Below, in pieces: positions 26,799 to 36,182 of a stretch of 52,895 nt of DNA. The DNA is from Acholeplasmataceae bacterium UBA6190 (GTDB lineage Bacteria > Bacillota_I > Bacilli_A > Acholeplasmatales > Acholeplasmataceae), in the NCBI GenBank assembly GCA_002422045.1, contig DITG01000051.1, forward strand, positions 4,890-57,784. The letters are read 5' to 3'. The stretch's first letter is position 1. Each line of letters begins with the position of its first letter. Made by a program: the position numbers and the translations under genes. The notes under the pieces were generated by a model. That model saw only the letters and a program-made list of their open reading frames with translations. It made no database searches and had not been told where the DNA came from.

Positions 26799-29389
26799 GA
26801 TGGATTACCTCCAAAAATGAGATCGTACCATTCAGATAACTGACCATACACATTTCCCAAGAAATTCATGATCTTGTCAAATCCGATGAAAGATTTGATC
26901 AATTCAAGTTTTTCAGAAAATGAAATCAACAGCAACAAATCGTTGAAGTTTTGAATGCGTGCAGTATTGATGACGTAAATCAACAAGATCATGAGTGCGG
27001 AAATGACACTGAAGTTAAACGCTTGATTGAAAAACAACATGCCATGGATGACACCTTTTTTATACTCAAGGACGAATTTTCTGATTTGCTCATGGCTTGA
27101 ACTGTCTCCGAGTGAACACACTGGACATCTGGATAATGACCTGTGATGATAATGAATTTCAGAAGTAGTACACTGCTTGGACTCAAAGATTAGTCTGGAC
27201 AGGACTCTTACCCACTCATTGGGAGAAGGACGATGTATCTTGAGTGGATCATTGAGCGTGAGTGCACGTTTCATTGTATGTTGATAATAGACTGGAAACA
27301 ACTCGACGAGCTTAGTCTTATCTTGAATATCAGCCAAAGCAACAGTCGATTGATGCAAATACCAATTGTTTTCAACAAAGAAAGATATTGGCTTTGTAAC
27401 AAGCTTATACGTTCCTTTGTAAGGATGCCCATCGTGTAAAAGATGATGAATGATGACACCCAGATGATACCTGATCGATGAAGAGGCCAGATGATCATAT
27501 TTGATTTCTAGTGGCACAGGAGGTGCCTTCTGTTCATCATCATGTTCAACCCAGATCGAGTTTGATTTTTCGAACTCGAAATCAATTTTTTTAACTTCCT
27601 GCTGAATCTCAAGTTTGATTTCTTCAGTCTTTGGCTTGGTCTTTGACTTGAGAGGTTTGTCAAAAGGAGAACGAATCAGTTCTAGATCTTTCATACGCTG
27701 TTCTTCAATACGCTTTTTCTCAGCTTCGATTGCTTTCTGTTTTTCAGCTTCAATCGCATCTAAGTGTTTTTGATATTTGGCAGCCAAATAGTATTCATGG
27801 GGTAGATATTCATCTCTTTGAAAGGCCATCGCTTTGAGTGATTCGTCATGGGAGGGCATGAAGACGACATCTGGAACAAATGGATTTAAGTCGTGATCGA
27901 CAAAAATCTGATTCAACTCAACAGTGACTTTTTCCTTTTCAAGTTTGGAAAACATATAAGCGATGTTTCTTGCAATTGTCATTTTGACCTTGTCAGTGAT
28001 TTTTTGTTTGCCCAGATGTGTATTTTTTAGGAGCTGTTGCAGTCTGGTCAGATGAGCAATATGCTGTGTTGTAAATCCGATGATTTTTTCGTTTTCACGA
28101 ATCAAGTGTTCGGGTAACGACATGAAAGCATCCAATTTCTTAAAGTGAGGATCACTTTTTAGCACTTCGATTCGTTTGGCAAAATCGTATTTTTCAGCCA
28201 TCTTCGGATTGAAGAAGAAAGCCAGTTTCTTAGCATTTTTTATGGTGTAATATTTGCCGCTGATGGTTTCTTCATACACATAGTTCTCATCGACTGTGAT
28301 CGGTTTGTCATCAGTGTCGTACTTGACATATTTCTTAGAAATCGTCTTGAAATATTCGATCAAGTAATCATAATCCTTTGTTTGTTCCTTGGCACAGATC
28401 GGACATTTTTGAAAGTGAGAAGGGTAATAGTGAGTCGCTTGTTTCTTGCATTTTTTTGCAGTTTCTTTCACCATCTTCAGATTGGTGACCCACTCATCAG
28501 CAGATGGACGATGCTCTGCACCCTTTTCGAATGCACGAATGAATAACTCTTGTATGTGTTTTGGGAAGAATCCGAAAGGCATTGCATTCTTCGGTGGGAT
28601 GATATTGTTCTGAGTTGTAAAGTAGGGGAATATTTCATTTTCCATCGTGTAGTTGATTGCATTTCCGTCAAATCCTGGAATACCTTTGATACGTGCTGAA
28701 AAAGGATGAACACCCATCGAGAGAATTTGAAAGATTAAAATGGCAAGTCCGTAATTATCATGATTCGGTGTACGCTTGACTTCAATCGATGAACGTTTTT
28801 TTTCTTCAATCACTTCAGGTGGTGTGTAGTCTGGGGTAAACACCTTGCAATGATAGAGTGTCGCATCGACGAGTACTTGGAATGAATCCGTATCGACCAC
28901 ACCAATTTCAAATCCCGGATACACGAAAAAGTCAGATGTGTTGATATCTCCGATGACAGTATCGTTTTGATGGAGATAGTGCATCACTTTCGCGAGATTG
29001 ATGGCAATCACCAGTCTGTCATACCAAGTGATGGAAGGGAACTTTGTTTTCTGCAAGCCCGGTGTGATGACATGTGAGAGTTGGTTTTTAGCTTGAACAC
29101 GTCGCATCACATAACCGACAAACCGTTTATTCTCATCATAGACGACATAGCTTGGCCATGCAATGATGGTAAGGCCGTTATAATCCAAAAGACCTGGCTT
29201 CTTAGAAACCATGGCTTTGATTTTCGGTTCAATGTCCTTCATGCGTTCAAGGGCACGATCCGAATAAATCTTGACGAGAATGTTTGGATTTTTAGCGAGT
29301 TTGTAGACACTACCTTCCCCGCCCGATCCAATCGGTTTCGAGTCATCGATTAGGATTTTATTGCCATCATCCAAATAAAACTTTCTCAC
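26795..29389 (-). CDS. YegI-like Ser/Thr kinase with a second degenerate kinase module, two Cys/His zinc-ribbon motifs and a C-terminal TM helix
   Basis: GSGGEG, VKIY, AWP, IGDIN, DTDSFQ, YTPPE, HPF, RPSA.EW and C..H...CPIC, followed by a degenerate repeat of the whole unit. Confidence 0.88.
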   Translation of the reverse strand: MRKFYLDDGNKILIDDSKPIGSGGEGSVYKLAKNPNILVKIYSDRALERMKDIEPKIKAMVSKKPGLLDYNGLTIIAWPSYVVYDENKRFVGYVMRRVQAKNQLSHVITPGLQKTKFPSITWYDRLVIAINLAKVMHYLHQNDTVIGDINTSDFFVYPGFEIGVVDTDSFQVLVDATLYHCKVFTPDYTPPEVIEEKKRSSIEVKRTPNHDNYGLAILIFQILSMGVHPFSARIKGIPGFDGNAINYTMENEIFPYFTTQNNIIPPKNAMPFGFFPKHIQELFIRAFEKGAEHRPSADEWVTNLKMVKETAKKCKKQATHYYPSHFQKCPICAKEQTKDYDYLIEYFKTISKKYVKYDTDDKPITVDENYVYEETISGKYYTIKNAKKLAFFFNPKMAEKYDFAKRIEVLKSDPHFKKLDAFMSLPEHLIRENEKIIGFTTQHIAHLTRLQQLLKNTHLGKQKITDKVKMTIARNIAYMFSKLEKEKVTVELNQIFVDHDLNPFVPDVVFMPSHDESLKAMAFQRDEYLPHEYYLAAKYQKHLDAIEAEKQKAIEAEKKRIEEQRMKDLELIRSPFDKPLKSKTKPKTEEIKLEIQQEVKKIDFEFEKSNSIWVEHDDEQKAPPVPLEIKYDHLASSSIRYHLGVIIHHLLHDGHPYKGTYKLVTKPISFFVENNWYLHQSTVALADIQDKTKLVELFPVYYQHTMKRALTLNDPLKIHRPSPNEWVRVLSRLIFESKQCTTSEIHYHHRSLSRCPVCSLGDSSSHEQIRKFVLEYKKGVIHGMLFFNQAFNFSVISALMILLIYVINTARIQNFNDLLLLISFSEKLELIKSFIGFDKIMNFLGNVYGQLSEWYDLIFGGNPS

Positions 29390-30138
29390 TCGGCCTCCAT
29401 TGAAACAAATAGCAAGGTTTTATCATCGTCTGTTTTCTTGCTGATCCGATCGGACTCAAGAAACTTTTCGAGCGATTTTTGAAAATAAAACTGATCAAAA
29501 TCCTCTCGCTCAAATACTTTAAAAAAAGGATCGTAAAACAATTTCGATACCTGATTGTCTTTTGCTGAAATCGATATCGATTCGATACCGTCACTCATCA
29601 ATGCAATCATCGGATAAAATGCATTAACTTTCTCAAAAATGCCATCTCCCACAGATTCAAGATTGCAGATTGAAAATGTCGCATTCGCATACTCACCCCT
29701 CTGTTGAGGAACGATCACATCGTAGCGATCACCAATCTTCCCAATCGCAGTACAATCACCAACCTGACCAAAGAATTGACGGTTTTTCAGAGTGATAAAT
29801 ACGAGTAGTGTCGCATTTAAGTCTTTGACGTTCAATCCATGATGATGGGCGGTATCAAATAACTTGTCGTTGGTTTCAATGAATGCTTCTTTGATGACTG
29901 TAATCACTTCATCATCGGTCATGGATGGATTGAGTTGATTCTGCAAAAAGTCAACAACAAACAAGGAAGCAGTTTGACTTCCCAGATCAGCATGTGATGC
30001 TGAACCCATACCGTCAGAGACACAGGCGATATAACCTAAGTTGTTGGGCAAAATGCGATAGGTGTGATGATCATGACAAGGTGTATCAGTGGAAAGATGC
30101 GAGGATCCGACAACCGATGCACCATACAGTTTAACCAA
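29386..30138 (-). CDS. PP2C-family phosphatase (YegK-like)
   Basis: SVVGSSH...CHD, VSDGMGSA, GQVGD, GEYANAT, MSDG and DDDKTL. Confidence 0.92.
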   Translation of the reverse strand: MVKLYGASVVGSSHLSTDTPCHDHHTYRILPNNLGYIACVSDGMGSASHADLGSQTASLFVVDFLQNQLNPSMTDDEVITVIKEAFIETNDKLFDTAHHHGLNVKDLNATLLVFITLKNRQFFGQVGDCTAIGKIGDRYDVIVPQQRGEYANATFSICNLESVGDGIFEKVNAFYPMIALMSDGIESISISAKDNQVSKLFYDPFFKVFEREDFDQFYFQKSLEKFLESDRISKKTDDDKTLLFVSMEAE

Positions 30139-30140
30139 GA

Positions 30141-30845
30141 TTAGACCTCAAATTCGAAGACGTCATCAGACGGCTTCTCGAGTTTGAGCGTATCGCCAAC
30201 TCTTGAGGATGATACTGACGACAGTGAAGAGGAAACCCACTGGAACAATTCCTTGAAATTCAGTCCGTTCAACTTGAAGACGCGGTCTTTAGATCCGGAG
30301 ATCTGACGGAGTCTTTCAATGTTTGCACTTTCGACACCAATACCAAAGAAAATGACTTTCTTGCTCATGATGGCGCCTTGCAACATACCCGCAGCTTCTT
30401 GAACATTATCCGTAGGTTCACCATCAGTGATGACAAATAACCAAGGGCGATAATAAGAAATCCCTGCAGTTCTGTATTCTGCCTTACGGTTCTCAATCGA
30501 TTTCAAAGCAGTCACAATGGCTTCGCCCATCGGTGTCATGCCGTTGACTTTGAGTTCTGGTGCCTGTGATTCTGAAACGGTAGCAAACGGCTGAATGACA
30601 GAAACAGTTTGTCCGAAGGTGATGACAGACAAATCAACTCTGACCGATGCCAAATCATCATCTCTTAAGGCTGCATAAAGTGCATGCACTCCTTCGTTGA
30701 GTTGATTGATTGGATTACCTGTCATCGAATAAGAAGTGTCTAGAAGTAGAACCACCGGACATCTCGGTTCTGGATTGTCTAGCAAAGCTTCATCGACAAC
30801 TTCTTTTTCAAACTCAAAATCTTTCTTCAAATCGTTCATGGTCAA
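30141..30845 (-). CDS. TerY-like vWA domain protein (YegL-like)
   Basis: NPEPRCPVVLLLDTSYSM (MIDAS), TPMGEA, YYRPWLFVITDGEPTD and F.ELF.W.S.S. Confidence 0.93.
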   Translation of the reverse strand: MTMNDLKKDFEFEKEVVDEALLDNPEPRCPVVLLLDTSYSMTGNPINQLNEGVHALYAALRDDDLASVRVDLSVITFGQTVSVIQPFATVSESQAPELKVNGMTPMGEAIVTALKSIENRKAEYRTAGISYYRPWLFVITDGEPTDNVQEAAGMLQGAIMSKKVIFFGIGVESANIERLRQISGSKDRVFKLNGLNFKELFQWVSSSLSSVSSSRVGDTLKLEKPSDDVFEFEV

Positions 30846-30867
30846 TACCTCTCTTGTTTATATTTTT

Positions 30868-31557
30868 TTAAAGGATGAACAATATCACTATCGAAATCAT
30901 CATTGCTTTCAGGCTGTATTTTGTCCTGAGGTAGACGATGCAAGCAAACACAATGTACAAAGCAAAGAAAGCAAGTCTGATCCAATCAAATCCTGAAGGA
31001 GAAGATCCTAATACCCATCCGAATGCGGCAAGTGCAACACATGCTCTAAATAATACAGTAGAATCGACATCTAAACCCATTTTCTTGATTTGAAACAAAT
31101 AGACGATGAAGAGTGAGATATAAATTGAAATTAGGATTGTACCCATCAGATAAAGGCAATAGATGAGTAAAGACGTATCCACGAATGTTTGGTTGAATCT
31201 GCTGCCTGTCAAGTATCCGATCAGTCCATAATGAAAGTCTAGTTCGAAATACTGTAAGAAGAACTGCGTGATCGCAACCACCATGGCGGATGCGATGAAC
31301 ACTTTGAAGAATACAGAAAAATTGAATTGACTATATTTTTTACCGACGGTGAAATGATATAGGTTGATGACAAGCATACCAAAGAAGACAATCTGAATGG
31401 CATAGATGAGTTCATAACTGTATCCTTGAAAGAGTTCACCGAAGAATGTCAGATTCCAGGCTGTCTCATCAAAAAAAACATAGAGATAAAAGGCACCCCA
31501 AAGCAGGGAACCGATTAAAATCTTGTTGATATGCTGATAGACCGGATTCGAATTCAA
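30868..31557 (-). CDS. Multi-pass membrane protein, possibly a degenerate CPBP/Abi-family fold
   Basis: About 7 TM segments; STVLFRA and YLRTKYSL segments; RBS AGGAGGGG before the TTG start. Confidence 0.6.
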   Translation of the reverse strand: MNSNPVYQHINKILIGSLLWGAFYLYVFFDETAWNLTFFGELFQGYSYELIYAIQIVFFGMLVINLYHFTVGKKYSQFNFSVFFKVFIASAMVVAITQFFLQYFELDFHYGLIGYLTGSRFNQTFVDTSLLIYCLYLMGTILISIYISLFIVYLFQIKKMGLDVDSTVLFRACVALAAFGWVLGSSPSGFDWIRLAFFALYIVFACIVYLRTKYSLKAMMISIVILFIL

Positions 31558-31725
31558 AAACTCCCCTCCTTCAAGCTTCTATTAGTTTATATTATATAAC
31601 ATTGCTCATCCTTTTGTCTTATCCTGCGTGTTTTATCGTTTTGGTTAAAATTGTGTTAAATTTGAACTTCAAAACATCGCTTTATTTAAAAATGTGCTAA
31701 TATCGATATGAAAGGGTGTGCACAT

Positions 31726-32985
31726 ATGTTTAAACTCAAAGGATTTTCCAAAAAAGAAAGAAGCTGGATACTCTATGATATTGCCAATTCAGCCTATATT
31801 CTCACCATCGTCACCGTTTTATTTCCAATCTATTATGAAAGTATTGCTGCTCACATCGATAACCGAGTTCAAATCTTTGCACTTGTGACTGCGGGTATTG
31901 CACTGACAGATGCGCTTTTGTCACCAATCATCGGTGCTCTATCCAACTATCGGGGCAATAAACAGAAATTTTTCGTATTCTTCCTAATCTTGGGTCTGGT
32001 TGGTGGATTTGCGCTCATCATTCCAGGACTTCAATTGGTTGCCTTACTCATCGCTTTTGCAATCTCTTCGATTGGCTATAACGTTGCCATCGTATTGTAT
32101 GATGCGTTTTTAATGGATGTGACTGATGAATCTAGAATGGATACAGTCAGTTCTGCCGGATATGCTTGGGGATATATCGGATCGATGATTCCTTTTGCAG
32201 TCGCGATCTTACCCTATGCAATGGTCACCTTGGGATTCCTTGATCCGCAATTTGAAACACTCGCGATATCGTTTGCATTCATCGTCGCACTGGTCTGGTG
32301 GCTCGTGTTCTCTATTCCAATGCTCAAAGACGTCAAGCAAACTTACAATATTGAAACTGTCCAAAAACCACTCAAGGAAGCACTTAAGAGTCTTTTGAGA
32401 ACGTTCAAAGAAATCCGTTCATACCGATTCATCTTCATCTTCATGCTATCTTATTTGTTCTATATTGATGTGGTCAATACCGTGATTAGACTTGCGGTAA
32501 CGATCGGAAGTGCTTTGGGTGTTGGAGTCACTGTACTCCTCGGCGTCGTTGTCCTGGTACAACTCATCGCGTTCCCGTGTGCCATCCTCTACGGCAAGAT
32601 GGCAAAGAAATATGGTGGTAAAGTCATGATTTTCTATGGTATTGCCATTTATGCCATCACGATTCTCATCACATCCATGATCACAGAAGAAACCGTATGG
32701 CTCATGTGGGTCGTTGGCGTACTCGTGGGTTCTGCACAAGGCGGGATTCAATCCATTTCAAGAAGTTACTTTGCCAAAATGCTTCCTGTTGAAAAAGCCA
32801 ATGAATTCTTTGGATTCTTCAGCGTTTTCGGCAAGTTTTCAGGGATATTGTCACCTTTCCTATTAGCGATCTTCATCGGAGCATGGGGAACAAACAATGC
32901 AGTCTTAATCTTGCTGGTGCCACTCATCTTAGCAAGTGGTCTACTGTTGCTGGTTAAAACACAAAAAGCACCTTATGTTGGTTAA
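31726..32985 (+). CDS. MFS transporter, UMF1/ATG22-like family
   Basis: SWILYDIANSAY, YDAFL.D, SS.GYAWGYIGS, QGGIQSISRS and FFGFFSVFGK. Confidence 0.88.
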   Translation: MFKLKGFSKKERSWILYDIANSAYILTIVTVLFPIYYESIAAHIDNRVQIFALVTAGIALTDALLSPIIGALSNYRGNKQKFFVFFLILGLVGGFALIIPGLQLVALLIAFAISSIGYNVAIVLYDAFLMDVTDESRMDTVSSAGYAWGYIGSMIPFAVAILPYAMVTLGFLDPQFETLAISFAFIVALVWWLVFSIPMLKDVKQTYNIETVQKPLKEALKSLLRTFKEIRSYRFIFIFMLSYLFYIDVVNTVIRLAVTIGSALGVGVTVLLGVVVLVQLIAFPCAILYGKMAKKYGGKVMIFYGIAIYAITILITSMITEETVWLMWVVGVLVGSAQGGIQSISRSYFAKMLPVEKANEFFGFFSVFGKFSGILSPFLLAIFIGAWGTNNAVLILLVPLILASGLLLLVKTQKAPYVG

Positions 32986-33000
32986 TGAAAGAAGCTTCCG

Positions 33001-33969
33001 TTATCTGGGAAGCTTCTTTTTTTGATTGAACAGATTAAAATGTGTCATCTTTAAGTTCAGATTGACATCAACGCCGCTGTTGAATGACAAATTACCAAAG
33101 AGTGTCATGAAGTCACATGTTTGATGATTGAAGATGTAATCTGAACAACGCTCTATGAATGTCAATGTGCGATAATAGGCTCTGACATAAAGTTCTGGAA
33201 CACTTAAGGTAGAAGGCTGATGGGTGACCGGATGATACCAAGTTGTATGATTGAGATTTAAGTAGTCAAAATGCTCGTCATAGTTATGATAAGACAGATC
33301 TCTTAAGTGAATACGTTCTCTCTTGTTGAAAAGATCGACCATTGATAACAGCGTCTTTTTGATACCGAATCGGTCTTGAACATAACGCTTGCATGTCTGT
33401 TGCATGTGACGATAACCTTTGGCGTATAGCAACCCACCTAAGTCATTCTGATACACGGATTTTGCAACATGTTCCATGAAATCAACGATTTCTAAGGGGA
33501 CATCTTTCACTTCAAAGGTCAACGGACAAACCGGATACTGATGTGACCATTGGTTTAAAACGAGTTTGATGAAATGAATATCAACACGACGTTCGAATTT
33601 GACGTGAAGACCACGATGTGTGATGGATTTGATGTTATCTTGATGATAATCACCTGAATAGTGATAGATGTAAGGATGCACAATGGTATCTAAGGCATAA
33701 TGTGACAAAAAGCCAATGAAAAAGGAATACAGATTGATACTGTAGTTTTTTTTGACATAATCGAGCATTGAAATCAACATATCATTAATCCTGTGATCAT
33801 GCATATCATCAGCAAGTCCTAAAGACTGAATCTTATGAATATTCAGAGCATTGAAATAATAGGGATCAGGACCTTGGGCTCCCATTTTGACAAGATGCGG
33901 ATTCAGTTTGAGTTTTGATGTGCGACTTACGTCTTCAGCAAGCAGTGCATGCATATAAAAATCAGCCAT
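33001..33969 (-). CDS. Zinc-dependent phospholipase C family protein
   Basis: N-terminal His, GAQGPD, GFLSHYALD..VHPYIY and H..FE...D. Start MADFY. Confidence 0.8.
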   Translation of the reverse strand: MADFYMHALLAEDVSRTSKLKLNPHLVKMGAQGPDPYYFNALNIHKIQSLGLADDMHDHRINDMLISMLDYVKKNYSINLYSFFIGFLSHYALDTIVHPYIYHYSGDYHQDNIKSITHRGLHVKFERRVDIHFIKLVLNQWSHQYPVCPLTFEVKDVPLEIVDFMEHVAKSVYQNDLGGLLYAKGYRHMQQTCKRYVQDRFGIKKTLLSMVDLFNKRERIHLRDLSYHNYDEHFDYLNLNHTTWYHPVTHQPSTLSVPELYVRAYYRTLTFIERCSDYIFNHQTCDFMTLFGNLSFNSGVDVNLNLKMTHFNLFNQKKKLPR

Positions 33970-34134
33970 AGTATCTCCAACCTTCAAAACCATGATACAC
34001 CCTTCATCATAGATGAACACTTAATAAGCCCTGATTTTGCATAGATTTTACATGAAATCAAGGAGCATCACATTTACACATGCGCATTATGGTATAATTT
34101 CAAATGATGAGTGATCATGAATCGAGGTGCTAGT

Positions 34135-35055
34135 ATGTCAAAAATCCAGATGATGGATTGGTTAAAGTCAGGCGATCCTTCTGTGAATCGACTCACTGAA
34201 GTTTACTTACTTGATCATCCAATGCCCTATGTGACTGAAGGTTGGATCAGCAAATTTCTTCAAGCATTTGATCCTGCCACAGGAACCTGGGGTGGCGGCA
34301 TCTATGGTCCCAAATGGATTTCCACATTCTATACCCTAAAAGATTTGAAGTCTCTGGAAATCGATCCAGCACACCCCATCTATCAACAAGGTCTAAAGAC
34401 CATTCTTCATCACATGTGGAATCACAAGATGTGGAAAGAAGACGATGTATGCGTGGTTGCTATGATGGCGAGCATGCTGGCTTACGGAAGATATGATTCA
34501 AAACCCATCGATGAGATGATGGTCTACTTGATGCATCACCGTCAATCAGATGGCGGATGGAACTGCCAAGATGAGCGATCAGAAAAGAGTTCAGTGCATA
34601 CAACACTTTCGGTACTTGAAGCCATGTCTGACTATCAACGCTATGGCTATCAGGCATTGAACCAACCACTCAAAGATCATATCCAATCCGGAGAACTGTT
34701 CTTATTGAAGAAGCATCTTTACTTGAGTGAATCCACACACGAACCTATGTTTCCTCGCATCATTGATTTCCATTATCCTACGCGCTGGTTTTATGATGTC
34801 TTGAAAGCACTCGAATACTTTGAGTCTGTCAAATACCCATATCACCCGAACATGCAAGAGGCACTCGATCTACTCAAATCCAAGTTTCAAAGAGGATATC
34901 TGACCAAAGGAACGACTCATTCCGGAAGACTACATTTCAAACTTGAAGAGACTTATGCTGGACGTATGAATACATTCCGCGGTCTCAAAGTCGTCAAGTT
35001 TTATGATTTTCATCTGTATCAGCAACTCATCACAAGAGACATACAACCCAAATAA
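34135..35055 (+). CDS. Prenyltransferase/squalene-cyclase-like (alpha/alpha)-barrel protein
   Basis: QW-like motif RQSDGGWNC, WGGGIYGPKWIST and YPTRWFYDVL. Confidence 0.65.
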   Translation: MSKIQMMDWLKSGDPSVNRLTEVYLLDHPMPYVTEGWISKFLQAFDPATGTWGGGIYGPKWISTFYTLKDLKSLEIDPAHPIYQQGLKTILHHMWNHKMWKEDDVCVVAMMASMLAYGRYDSKPIDEMMVYLMHHRQSDGGWNCQDERSEKSSVHTTLSVLEAMSDYQRYGYQALNQPLKDHIQSGELFLLKKHLYLSESTHEPMFPRIIDFHYPTRWFYDVLKALEYFESVKYPYHPNMQEALDLLKSKFQRGYLTKGTTHSGRLHFKLEETYAGRMNTFRGLKVVKFYDFHLYQQLITRDIQPK

Positions 35056-35075
35056 ACCATAGAAAAGAGATTAAC

Positions 35076-36122
35076 GTGGACGATCAAGTCAAACATCAAC
35101 GCAGAAAACGATATTCAGGGACATATCCTAAAACATATGAGACCAGATATAAGGAACTGAATCCAGATCAACATCAGGAAACCATCCAAAAAGTCATTCA
35201 AAAAGGCAATACACCGGCAGGCATGCACCGGCCGATTTGTGTGCATGAGATTCTTTCGATTCTAGACATCAAACCAGGACAGATCGGACTCGATGCAACA
35301 CTCGGATATGGTGGACATACCCAGGCAATCCTTGAAAAGTTAAACTTTCAAGGTCATTTGTATGCACTCGATCAAGATCCGATCGAATTACCAAAAACCA
35401 AACAAAGACTTGAAGCGTTAGGTTATGGCTCTGAAATACTTACTACGCTCAATTTTAACTTCAAAGACCTTGACTCGGTCATCATCGAATCGGGTCCACT
35501 CGACTTCATTTTGGCAGATCTTGGTGTGTCATCCATGCAAATCGACAATCCAAATCGAGGATTTTCCTATAAGACTGAGGGTCCACTCGATCTTAGAATG
35601 AATCCGAATGTGGGTATTCCAGCACACTTGAGATTGCTTCAGCTCACTGCAGATGAACTCGAAGGCATGCTCATCGAAAATGCGGACGAACCTTATGCAA
35701 AGCAGATTGCAAAAAGCATCAGAGTGCATCTTGAATCAGGACATCCGATTGAAACGACCACTGATTTGAGCAAGATCATCAATAACACACTCAAACACTT
35801 ACCGGTATCCACCAGAGGTGAAGAAATCAAGAAGTCTTCTCAACGCACCTTTCAGGCACTGAGAATCGATATCAACCAAGAGTTTGATGTGCTCTATGAA
35901 TTTCTAGAAAAAGTGCCTCATGCACTGAAACCGGACGGAAAGGTTGCTGTTTTATCGTTTCATTCAGGAGAAGACAGACTCGTCAAAAAATCTTTCCAGT
36001 ATTATTTCAGACAAGGCATATATCAAGAAATCGCTGATGAATTCATCAGACCCACCATGGAAGAACAAACTTCCAACAGCAGAGCTCGTTCTGCAAAATT
36101 AAGATACGCCATCAAGAAGTAA
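35076..36122 (+). CDS. rsmH: RsmH/MraW-family methyltransferase paralogue with N-terminal extension
   Basis: DATLGYGGH, DQDP, DLGVSSMQID, GPLDLRM, FQALRI, SFHSGEDRLVK and RSAKLR. Confidence 0.85.
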   Translation: MDDQVKHQRRKRYSGTYPKTYETRYKELNPDQHQETIQKVIQKGNTPAGMHRPICVHEILSILDIKPGQIGLDATLGYGGHTQAILEKLNFQGHLYALDQDPIELPKTKQRLEALGYGSEILTTLNFNFKDLDSVIIESGPLDFILADLGVSSMQIDNPNRGFSYKTEGPLDLRMNPNVGIPAHLRLLQLTADELEGMLIENADEPYAKQIAKSIRVHLESGHPIETTTDLSKIINNTLKHLPVSTRGEEIKKSSQRTFQALRIDINQEFDVLYEFLEKVPHALKPDGKVAVLSFHSGEDRLVKKSFQYYFRQGIYQEIADEFIRPTMEEQTSNSRARSAKLRYAIKK

Positions 36123-36182
36123 CTCTAACCACTGTTTTAAGATATAATGAACATAAAGACGAACATGAAAACGAGGTATGTC

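Noticed and set aside
34135..35055. Hopanoid synthesis (squalene-hopene cyclase)
   Set aside because: About half the length of SHC and lacks the DXDD motif.
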